A DNA stretch of 64,000 nucleotides, taken from positions 4,588,001 to 4,652,000 of the forward strand of contig OX597821.1 in assembly GCA_951406725.2 (NCBI GenBank). The letters are read 5' to 3'. The notes under the pieces are model-generated. The model saw only the letters and a list, made by a program, of their open reading frames with translations. It made no database searches and had not been told where the DNA came from. The translations under genes were made by a program, and so were the position numbers. Positions 30,276-41,004 of this stretch are shown here, piece by piece (positions within the stretch are counted from its first letter, which is position 1; each line of letters begins with the position of its first letter). Source of the DNA: Octopus vulgaris. Lineage: Eukaryota.

Positions 30276-31003
30276 GGTGGCTGAAGCTGTCGTCTGGGTT
30301 CTTCCAATTTTTTCGTATGTCGGTGGCGGCGTTGGTGTTCGTGCTCGCACTTGCACCTGTGCAGCTCCTCCCCTTCTTCCCTCCCTCGTGAAGCTGTGGG
30401 GAAGGCAGGGTAGGGAAATCAACGTCGTAAAGCGTTGTCAAGGAGACCAGCGTTCTTTTAGAGCAACAACTTCATGGCTTGAAGTCGCCAAAACAGAAAT
30501 CGCTAAAAAAGCTGAAACAGATCCACAAAAACGGCAAAAACCGGTACACAGGGCAGGTTTCCTGTGCAAACAATTTGCACAACCGAATGTTTTAGTTGTT
30601 GCACAAATCTTTATATATAAAAGTGAAGTTGTGTGTCTGTCTCCTACGATTTAGATTCCTAACTACTCCCACATTTTGCGGTGCAGTGTAACCAAAACCG
30701 GGTATCTTATAGTCGTGATTCATATCGAGCCCGTCTCGGTATTAGCGCGCGTCTACGATGAGTCAACGATTTAAAAAAAAAATTACCATCATTTTTTCCA
30801 TTTTAATGCATTTTTATCGCTATTATATAAGGGAAGTAACTCTCTAAAAATGTCTACGATGAGTCAACGATTTAAAAAAAATTACCATCATTTTTTATTC
30901 CATTTTTAATGTGTTTTTTGCTATTTTCTTGCTATAACTCTCTAAAAATGCTTATATAGTTATTTCCCTTACAAACCCGAGCAACGCCGGGCGATACTGC
31001 TAG
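29123..31003 (+). mobile_element. Head-to-tail array of four non-autonomous Helitron copies
   Basis: 5' TCTTTATATATAAAAG starts at 29629 and 30608. The 3' hairpin CCCGAGCAACGCCGGG plus CTAG ends at 29628, 30022 and 31003. A shared ~170-bp body occurs four times. Confidence 0.92.
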
Positions 31004-31069
31004 TATATATATATATATAAATATCTAAATATATATATATATATATATATACATAAATATAAATATACA

Positions 31070-31121
<52 letters not shown>

Positions 31122-31794
31122 TTGCTGCTTCTTTTAAGGATTTTGCCATTTTTTAACAGTCATGGATACGAGCACAGTCATAGGAACGTATGCCTGGCTA
31201 CGGATATGGATGCTTTCTCGGTAATATAACACTGAAAACGGAAAAGTACAAACGTAATCATGTTGATTATCTGAATTATACTGTCAGGTCAGACCACTTC
31301 GGAAACGACAAATTTTTCCAGAGACATGTAATAGTTATATGGCCTCTGCGGCAAACGATCATTATAGGCAGTCTGTTTCTCCTTTACAAAATGCGCTAGA
31401 ACATAATACCATCTTACACACATCGGAATCTAAATTGAATATGCTTTGCACCAAACTTCTTGCTACAAGCACTAATTATAGTACGCCAGCCTTTTCTGTT
31501 CTTTGTTTTTACAAATGTTTTAAAGAAAAGCAGTGTGAAAATTTAACTAAATGGAACGAGCAAAACTGAAAGAGGGAAATTTATAAAATACTGTAGAGTG
31601 ACTAAACAAATATACAAATACTCCTAATATCAGTAGCCTTGCAGACGATTTAGTATGTTATTGTTTATTATATATTTTATATTGTATATAAAGTTGTTAC
31701 TTTCAGACCATGAGTGTTTTCGAAAATTCGCGAGATTATGTTGTGCATGCATATATGGATGTGTGTGTGCGTGTGTATATATATATATATATGC

Positions 31795-31977
31795 ATGTGA
31801 CCTCGTGAAGACCACTTGCATTTTTCCCTCTGTCTTCCCACCTCGGGATCTTTCTTTCTCCTATGTTTCCGACGAAGAGCTCCGCTCGAAACGTCTTCCC
31901 TTCTTTCCTGAGCGTCCAATAATACTTTATTTGTTCCACATCCTCGCGTTGTTGTCTTTTTGTTTTCTTGTTTGGAT

Positions 31978-31982
<5 letters not shown>
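31795..31982 (+). mobile_element. Short non-coding element with a variant hammerhead-like motif (31869-31895), flanked by (TA)n
   Basis: CCGACGA-A-GAGC-tcc-GCTC-GAAAC-GTC. The core has a U4C change and stem I does not pair. Confidence 0.45.
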
Positions 31983-32038
<56 letters not shown>

Positions 32039-32598
32039 AGGGGGTGTTAGTGTGTGTGTGTGTGTATGTATATATATGTATATGTGAGTCTATATTGTTT
32101 TCTCCCCCATACTTCTCTAATTCCATTTTGCTCCCCTTCACCGTTTCCTATTTGTCTGTCTGTCTGTCTCTCCCTCTTTCTCTCTTTCACTCTCTCATTG
32201 CTGACACGTGACCATCAGCCAGCTTTCCTTTCCTCATGTAACCATCTTTCTTTTCCTGCACGACGTTCTGGGGACTGAACGTCCTCCATCTCTCTCTCAT
32301 CTATCTTTTCTATTTTCAAAGAAAATATTTCTCCCAGCGTTCACTAATTTTCGTTCGTTCTGGTCTAACCAACATCCATGTTTGTTTTCGATCGGTTTCT
32401 TTACATGTCTCCACGGTCCCGTCTTTTCCTCCAACTTTGACCCTCCGTAACTTCAACCCTCCATTTTATTTCAGAATTTATGGAAGCAACTGTTTTTGAA
32501 CACTCATATTGTCATTGATTGCTCATAATGAGGAGTAGATAGACAGTCGAGAAATGATGAAGGGTCGTATTGTGTGTTACTTGTCCTATTTTCCAATC

Positions 32599-32634
<36 letters not shown>

Positions 32635-32636
32635 GC

Positions 32637-32709
<73 letters not shown>

Positions 32710-32719
32710 TATATACATA

Positions 32720-33390
32720 TATATAAAGTATAGGAAAGAATGGAGCTGAACGAAGATTTAACAAAATTCCTTTATTTTATTTTCGACATATGTTTCGAAG
32801 TCTGCAAAATCCCTAATTCCGAGTGACTAAGGAGTCCATTATGCAGCTTTCTCTTCAGGAAAATCCAGGAACTTAATTCTCCAACAAAATGCACAACAAG
32901 CTTTTCGATGACTGCTCACGAGGAGCCCATAAAAGTAATGATAAAAAATGTCTATTTATAGGGGTAGACGCCAGATTGGATGAAAGCAGAAGAGATTATC
33001 CGTTGATATAGTTCAAGGGCAGCATCAAGGTAGTAGAAGGAAGGTATAGGAAAATTAAAGAGTGTGAATGTATTCTGTATGACTGGTGTATATATTTGAT
33101 TTATTTTATGAATGAGTGCTCGAATGTATGAGTGTGTGAAAATTGCACTCATTCATAAAATAAATCAAATATATACACCTTGATGCTGCCCTTTTATGGG
33201 CTCCTCGTGAGCAGTCATCGAAAAGCTTGTTGTGCATTTTGTTGGAGAATTAAGTTCCTGGATTTTCATAATGGATTCCTTAGTCACTCGGAATTAGGGA
33301 CTTTGCAGACTTCGAAACATATGTCGAAAATAAAATAAAGGAATTTTGTTAAATCTTCGTTCAGCTCCATTCTTTCCTATACTTAATATA
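32720..33390. mobile_element. Large fold-back (inverted pseudo-LTR-like) element carrying a hammerhead
   Basis: 32720-32935 is the near-identical reverse complement of 33191-33390. Inner blocks 33015-33031/33177-33193 and 33085-33119/33145-33179 are also inverted. Confidence 0.93.
32779..32864 (-). ncRNA. Type I hammerhead ribozyme motif, intact core, minimal stem III with palindromic loop
   Basis: The minus strand reads AUUUUC CUGAAGA GAAAGCUGCA..UCCUUAGU..AUUAGGGA..UGCAGACUUC GAAAC AUAU GUC/ GAAAAU. It has a 6-bp stem I, a long stem II and a GUC cleavage triplet. Confidence 0.88.
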
Positions 33391-33602
33391 TAAAACTTCA
33401 AATTTCCGCACTAAGGCACGGATTTTATGCCCTATGGTCGTAACTTCAACCGTGCCCTTTCTGTTGTGAGTTTGCTACCCAGGTATCGGTTATCTTTCGA
33501 ATTATCCGTAATAAGATAATTCATTTGTTTACTTAAATAATCATATATATACATATAATATTATACACACACACACACACACACATGTATATATGGTAGT
33601 AT

Positions 33603-33633
<31 letters not shown>

Positions 33634-34308
33634 CACATATATGGTGAGTTATGAGGATTTACATTACTATTCCCCTTATCAAGCCATTTGCGAACATTTT
33701 TCTATACGTCTTGCACTGAAGAGAATAGTGATATATAATTAATTTAATTTGATTTAATTAATTTAATTATTTATATTCAGTCATGAATTTGCGTGATATT
33801 AATATCGCTGATCGCAACGAACGTCCTAATGAATTAAAGTTCACTTATATTTTAACCTCTTCTCTTCTCCATTTTGAGTTCTGTGAAATTCCTTTCAATA
33901 GATTCTCCTAACCCACTGTATACAAGTATTATTTTCATATACGCAAACATACGTCAGTGAGCTACCGACAAAATATGAAGAATCTATATTAGAAATCCTT
34001 TTTAGAATCCTCCAGAATAAAGGACGAAATATAATTCAAACTTTTACACACACACGCACACAAATATATATATATAAGGATAAGATCGTTAATTTAAAAA
34101 TAAAACAACGATTTATCAAGTGGTCAGAATGGAAAAAATAACCTTCAAATGTAATAATTATTAAAATCTAAATTAGGGTATCTACGAGATACCACCATGC
34201 TGAAAAAAAGCAGCCATGATCTGACTATAAAACCACCTTAATTGTCCATATATCAACACGGAGAGAAAACAATGAGACAAGATGAAACTGGTGAAAAATT
34301 ACTGGATA

Positions 34309-34367
34309 ATTCTAGATCTCGGGTTTCTGGATTGGCATTTAGTAATGGTTTGCCTCGTCACTAGAAT
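34309..34367 (-). ncRNA. Degenerate hammerhead-like motif in a (TA)n-flanked element (about 34078-34392)
   Basis: AUUCUA GUGACGA GGCA..UGCC aaucca GAAAC CCGA GAUC UAGAAU. Stem I pairs over 6 bp, but there is a C3G change and extra bases. Confidence 0.45.
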
Positions 34368-34392
34368 ACACACAGAAGGAAGAGAAGCATAA

Positions 34393-34434
<42 letters not shown>

Positions 34435-34490
34435 ATTTATATATATATATAACCATTATATTTATATATATATATATAACCATTTATAAC

Positions 34491-34584
<94 letters not shown>

Positions 34585-34664
34585 GTTTCTCTTGTTATCT
34601 GGACACGTGGTAAAAAACCAAATATTTACTTTTTACATTATATTTGAAATTTATAAATGTGTAT

Positions 34665-34890
34665 GTGTGGTAAGTAGCTTGCTTACCAACCACATGGATC
34701 CGGCATCATTCCCACTGCGTTGCACCAATTCCCCGGGACGGAAACTGAAAGAAGCCCGTCGTATATATATGTGTGTGTGTATGTGCGCGTGTGTGTGTGT
34801 GCGTGTGTGTGTATGCACGTATGTTTGTGGGTCTGTCTTTATCCCGCCAACATCCTTTGACAACCGATGCTGGCGTGTCTACGTCACCGT
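34665..34890 (+). mobile_element. SINE family A, internally deleted
   Basis: gtgtggtaagtagcttgcttaccaaccacatgg...cggaaactgaaagaagcccgtcg. Confidence 0.85.
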
Positions 34891-34911
34891 GTTATATGTG
34901 TGTATAAGAGT

Positions 34912-35121
34912 TATACACCGAGGGAAGCCACTAAGTAATTTTCCGTCAAGCTAGAAATTTCGAAGTAGGGGACTTACCAATCATCTTTGAATTCTTTCAA
35001 ATTGTCCTACTCGCCTACATTCAACGTACCAAAATAATAATAGCTTTTTCATTGTTTAGGATTTATATCCTAATTCTTGCTTGATGACGGAAAACATCTT
35101 AGTGGCTTTTCCTTAGTGTAT
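34912..35121. mobile_element. MITE-like element with ~45-bp imperfect terminal inverted repeats
   Basis: tatacaccgagggaagccactaag..ttttccgtcaagc versus gcttgatgacggaaaa..cttagtggcttttccttagtgtata. Confidence 0.75.
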
Positions 35122-35239
35122 ATATCTTATACACACATATAACGCACACACGCACACATACACACACATATATATATATATACATTATATATATATTTGT
35201 GTGTGTATGTGTGTATGTGTGTGTGTGTATATGAATGTG

Positions 35240-35546
35240 TGGAGGCGCAATGATCCAGTGGTTAGGGCAGCGAACTCGCGGTCGTAGGATCGCGGTTTCG
35301 ATTCCCAAACCGGTCGTTGTGAGTGTTTATTGAGAGAAAACACCTAAAGCTCCATGAGATTCCGGCAGGTGTGGTGGCGATCCCTGCTGAATTCTTTCCC
35401 AGCAACTTTCCCTCCCTCTTTCTCTTGTTGGCCTGCTCGCTTAGCCAGTAAGGTGGCGTCATTTGAAGGCTAAAACAATGCGAAGCGCATTGTGACCAAC
35501 GAAGTGTAGCAACATCTGACAGCCTGGTCGGTCACGTGCTAACGTG
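35240..35546 (+). mobile_element. tRNA-derived SINE family C (tRNA-Arg-like head)
   Basis: ggcgcaatgatccagtggttagggcagcgaactcgcgg...ggtttcgattccc. The head is shared with 59870. Confidence 0.8.
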
Positions 35547-36468
35547 ATATATATATGTATTTATGCATATCCATATATGTGTATACAATTATATATGTGT
35601 AGCATACACATGTCAGTGTGGGAGTGCAAATGGTACATATCTACTCCCCCGTTAATTTTAACTTCAATTAAAGTGCTAAGGAGTAATCGAGCGCAGGAAG
35701 GCCTCATTCACAAGCGAAAATCTTTATCGTTATGACATACTTTCTTATATGTATTGAAACAGCAACAAAAATAATCAATCTATCTCCTTTTGGTTCTATA
35801 CTGACAAGTTCCAAGCCCACAAAGAAATAAGAACAATGTAGCAACAACCACAAACAAGATATAAATTGTAGTAAATATCGATTATGCGGAATTCGTAAAA
35901 TAATATCTGTAAATATTAAAATGTAATCTGAGAAATCGATCGGGAGGACATTTTTCATACTTATGGGATTAAGATTTTCACACTTTTTACAATAATATTG
36001 TACTTTTTATATGCGTTTAAACTTCTTAAGCGAAGCAGTATATATACGCACGTACAAATATATATATATATATATATATACATATATGTACACGTGCGTA
36101 CAAGAGCACATTATTGAAATCTATACTTTCAGCAATTTAATTAGTTTGGGATTAGTTCAAAATGTTTTTGTTTTTTTTTATAGTTCGAATAGCTTTTCTT
36201 CTTCTTCTTAATATTTTTGTACAACCTTTCTTGCTCTTATTCGTTTAATCATAAGAATTATAATACTACGCTGAGGTATCTACAAATTGGTTTAATACAT
36301 ACCATTATATACACATATAGTTTTACATATGCAATACAAATATAGAAATGAATATGTATGTATATATATATATATATATAATTTTATATACACATATATA
36401 TTTATGTATATATATGTACATACATATAAATATATGTACATATATATGTATAAATGTATATATACACT

Positions 36469-36504
<36 letters not shown>

Positions 36505-36531
36505 CACGAATACACACACACACACAAATAC

Positions 36532-36562
<31 letters not shown>

Positions 36563-37739
36563 TACACACACACATATATATATATAAGCAGTTGATTCAA
36601 ATCCCAATGGTTGCGATTAGTATCACGTTTTGAAAGTATGAATAGCAGCTAATTTGAAAAACTATTTTGACCCATATGTTTAACTTCCAATAAATTTGTT
36701 GAGTGTCTTTCCGTCGTTTGTCCACCCTCTCACATGTGTATATGAAGAATGAATGAGAGGTTCGTACGGCAAAACGGAAATATATTCTAACATTATATAT
36801 ACATGCGGATTTAAGATCCTGAACATGCTCTTCTTTCTTTGATTATCCCATGAATGTCATCCGTGAAAAAACATGCCTTTCTTTCTCTATCGAACCCATG
36901 TATGTCACCTGTGAAAAGATACGTTAATTCTTTGAAATATTTTGTCAACTTATATAAGAGGAACTCGGTTTTGTTAAAGGACCTGGTATGCAATGCACAA
37001 TAATTAGAAGTCAACTTATTCATTTTCATTTGTTGATAGTTTGGGAATGTTTATTGACAAAGGTCTTCATATTCTAGGAGTCTGAATTTCTCTTATAGGA
37101 AACTTTTAATAAAACGCATATCGCCCATTTGTCCCTCATATTTTATTTGTTAGAGCCCATTATATTCAGTGACTTTTCTTTTCTATTGTGTTACAATAGG
37201 ATCTGAGTAAGATTTAGCTGCTGTTTTTATTTTGCAGACAGAGCAACAGTCGAGGTTCTCACTTATTTGCTGACCTGTTCATGTTTTTATTGCTTCTGTT
37301 TGAGTTGTTTTAATTTGCTTTGCCTTGAAGGTCAGTACTGACATATGAGTTAATCTTAACAAGTTCAGAAAGCTACAGCGAGAGAAAGAGAGAGAGAGAA
37401 AGAAAGAGAGACAAAGAGAGACAGGGGCAAACAGTGATCCAGGGGCACAAAGTGAGACAGGGAGACAGAGAAAAAGGGAAAGAAAAAATGGATTCATGAA
37501 TGTAATCCCATTTTTTTTTCAGATCAGAAATAGTGACAGACTAAGAGGACAAAAGAGTGACGTATGCATTTGGGTTTTGGGGATGAAAGACGTTTGCAAT
37601 AGAACCGCCGTAACATCAGTAGATGGGAAAGTATAAATCCATTTAATCTATCATGTGTGCGTGGTTGTGGTTGTGTGTGTTCTATGAATTGAGTAATATG
37701 CAGTATCTTCGGTAGTTTCTCTGTGTTCTGTAGATAATC

Positions 37740-39255
37740 CAGTAGATTTTTCTTTCCATCTCCACACTCTTCCACAGCAATTAAGCGTCTTCCATCCTGG
37801 GCTTCCCTTTAAGTACGGTCAGTTGATATCAGCTTTCGAATGGTTCTTCTCGTTTTGCTGCCAAGTTTTGTATGTCGTTTTCGGCCTATCTCACAATCCC
37901 CACTCCATATCTGATTACGAGTCCTGCTCTTGCATGTATTGCTTCAATAACATTCATGCAATTCAACTTTGACTGCAGTTGTTTTCTCACTTTCCATGTA
38001 GGCTCTCTACTGGTAATTTGTTTCATGTTTTCAGGTCTATTTCATCTGCCTCCAGTATCCCCAAATACTTATAACACTGTATTTTCTCAACCATTTTCAT
38101 TGTTTGCCCATTTGGCATCTCCTCAATTCCTCGTTTCCGTCAAGGCTTCGTCGTTTCATTTTCAACATAGTGCACTTTTCGATACCAATTTCCATAACCA
38201 CATCATTTGAGAAAAAGGGAACATTACATGAAAATGAATTTCAAGCTGTTCGTTATTTTTCGCATAAATCCTTATATCATCCATTAAAAATACATGATAT
38301 ATCTGACCCTATGTCTTTCCTAAATCGTAAGCTATCTGGAATTTTCGCAGCAATAAACGGAGCTGTATCATAGCCACTACAATTAGTAATGGAGATAAGC
38401 TATCACTTTGAAATATTCCACGTCTTGCATTCACTTTCCCAATTCCTTGTCTTCTTCCAGTCAATTCAGTATTCCAATGTTTCATACATTCATTAACCAT
38501 TTTCTCCATATATTCTGCCACTCCTAACATGCCCATTGTCTTACTTATCCAAATGTACGGTACTATCATTTCCTCATTTGTAACCTAACCATCCCGTCAA
38601 TCTGCGGAAATCTAATCAACGTCAATGTCAATCCCGTCAGTCTGCGTTAATCATGTCTGCATCAATCCCGTCAGTCTGCGTTAATCATGCCACTCTGCAT
38701 CAATCCCGTCAGTCTGCGTTAATCATGTCACTCTGCATCAATCCCGCCAGTCTGCATCTACAATTTCTAATTGTCATTTTATTAACTAAGTGGTTTTTTG
38801 TTGCCCTGCCTTATTTCTGCATTCTTTCTGCTTTTTCTGGAGTATATTAATATCTGTTGACGATTATATAGCTTTTCTGCCAGGACACCGGTTATAAGCT
38901 TCCATATAAGTGGTAAACGGGTTATATGTCCAAAATTTGATGCCAAGTCACCATTCAAAAGATCCATCCGTCCACTTGTCATCCAAGTAGGGACGTGACT
39001 GCAAGCATTCATGCAATTGTGCAGCGATTCTTTCATGCAGCTGTATAATAAAGTTCTTCAGCCAGTAACCTTTGACTCCATCTCGACCAGATCCTTTCAA
39101 ATTTGCTATTTTATAAACTTCAGTCTCACTGTATAAAATCGATACTTACGTTCTGTCTTGGTACATTTGCAAGTTGTTTTCCCAACTGTGTTAGCCACTC
39201 TGCATTTTCTTTATGTCTCACCGGCCTGTTCCACAGTTCTCCCACATTGTCCTTT
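37740..39255 (-). mobile_element. Degenerate R4/Dong-like LINE RT region
   Basis: ITRLPLIWKLITGVLAEKLY, RRGIFQSDSLSPLL, and later YKYLG-like and GRRLIAVEEC motifs. Multiple stops are present. Confidence 0.88.
38591..38758. repeat. ~35-38-bp tandem repeat (CAATCCCGTCAGTCTGCGTTAATCATG..CTGCAT) inside the LINE
   Basis: About 4-5 imperfect units read directly. Confidence 0.9.
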
Positions 39256-39257
39256 AT

Positions 39258-39400
39258 CAGGTTCTCAGTTCAAATTCAGCCGAGGTTGACTTCGCCTTTC
39301 ATCCTTTCGGGGTGGATAAAATAAGTACCACCAGAGTACTGGAGTCGATGCTATAGACTATGCCCTATCCCAGGTTTCAGGCCTTGAGCCTATAGTAGGA
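39258..39400 (+). mobile_element. SINE family B fragment
   Basis: agttcaaattcagccgaggttgacttcgcctttcatcctttcggggtggataaaataagtacc. Confidence 0.85.
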
Positions 39401-40469
39401 TTATGCTTTTTATTATTGAGTAAGAGACCATGCATACCACCAAAATGAAATTGGTGTAAAATAAACGAAGCCCAATATACCGATCATGACTACCCATCTG
39501 ATAAGGGGACACCAGGCACATGTATCACAACCATATGTGCGCGACATGGTGATCTCTTGTCAAGATAAACAGAACATGACCAAGCATGTGGTGCCCGGTT
39601 AAAATTTTCTTAAGATCAAGTAGCCCATCCCGCTCAAAAGGTCACTGAATAAGTATTGTTTAAGGATGTTGAACGAAACACTTATGTTTCCATAGGTGAA
39701 TTATCCAAGCACCAAAGAATTCTACTCAAAACATGGTTATGATGATCCCCAGCTATTTCTGCAAAGATGCACATATCGTCTGCTGCCAAGGGACATGCTC
39801 AAGTGATTAAGGTCAAATAACTGACAAGCAAATCTTTGGTATTGCGCAGAATATTTGCTGCAGCCCATCTTTTATACCAAGACAAAACAATGTACATGAT
39901 AACACTTCCAATCAGTTAAGATCTTTAGTCACGAGAGCCACTCCCTGGTGCTACATAAGGACTATAATAATTGTTATTACTGTAGTTATTCATTGTCGTT
40001 GTTGATATTGATTTTTTTTATTATTATTGTTGTTGTTGTTGTTATCTTTTTATCACAGATTTTGATGAAATGTAAGAGGCTTGGTGTCTCATTTGTAAAG
40101 ACATTGTGTTATTTTGGTAAGATGCTTAGTGCCTCATCGTAAGGACCTTGTGTCCAATGGAACCTTAGTAAAAGGTTTACTACCTCAAATTGTGTGTTTT
40201 GTAAAAGAACAATGTTTTCGAGAAGTAGCGATCGGTGGGCGCCATCTGCCTTCCCACATTAATACCATTGTTTTACATCCTTCACCTCATAAATGGTATT
40301 GTCCAACTCGTAGCCACTACTTCTATGTAATGCCTTGATGGCAAATTCAAGGAAATAAAGTGGGTTCCTCCCATTTGTGTGATGCGCGACTGCCATCGTA
40401 CTGTAGTTGCTGTTTTACGTTAGTGGCCACAGTAGTTACTAGTCATTGGTCGCCGTTGTATCTTTTCCC

Positions 40470-40800
40470 AAATCAGATGCTTGGGCATAACAGACCGGAC
40501 CTAGTGATGGTGTACAAGGTACACCGCATATGCTATACAGTTGGTGTTCAATGTTCTTTTGACCCACGAATAGTCAAGATACAAGCCTCCTAAGTACGAA
40601 TCGTCCTATCTACGGAAAATGAATGTAAAAATAGTGCCAATTATTTCTGGATCCTGGGGGACATTATTAGAAGGCAGCAAGAGGAATATAAAGGAAATTG
40701 GATTAGAGTGTACAATAGAACTGACACAAATGTTCTTGCCTCCTTGGCACGGCCAGAATAATGAGGAAGGTATTAGATAGTTGAAAAGAACAAACAGTAT
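40470..40800 (+). mobile_element. R4/Dong-like LINE 3' end (restriction-like endonuclease)
   Basis: HNRPDLVMV..ICYTVGVQCSFD and the terminal LLGTARIMRKVLDS*. Confidence 0.82.
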
Positions 40801-40854
40801 GGTATCGTAGGCTGCAGGTATTAAGCCCGCTACGCATGCAAGACTCCAAGAGTT

Positions 40855-40987
40855 TCATCTGATGAAGGCCGGAGGGTATATCAGGCGAAACGTTGTGTTA
40901 GCAACAAACAAGATGAGGACAAATATCCGTGAGATGTAGACAATATAAATAATGTAAATAATTCCTCATCTCTTAAATATAGGACTG
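40855..40987 (+). mobile_element. Hammerhead-like module plus tail (second copy of the 1872-1972 sequence)
   Basis: CTGATGA-aggccggagggtatatcaggc-GAAACGTT-GTGT followed by aagatgaggacaaatatccg...ctcatctcttaaatata. Confidence 0.7.
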
Positions 40988-41004
40988 GATGGATAATTTG
41001 TTAA

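Noticed and set aside
30181-30654. His-rich and Val-rich ORFs as proteins
   Set aside because: They derive from (GGT)n inside a non-autonomous Helitron copy.
31160-31225. Possible AG...GT-bounded micro-exon
   Set aside because: No recognisable protein motif, and the splice signals could be chance.
35240-35315. tRNA-Arg gene (also 59870, 58977, 1697)
   Set aside because: The cloverleaf is imperfect, and each continues into a repeated SINE body.
39420-39955. Probable abundant interspersed repeat on the minus strand
   Set aside because: It is single-copy in this window with no diagnostic motif, so it cannot be classified from the sequence alone.
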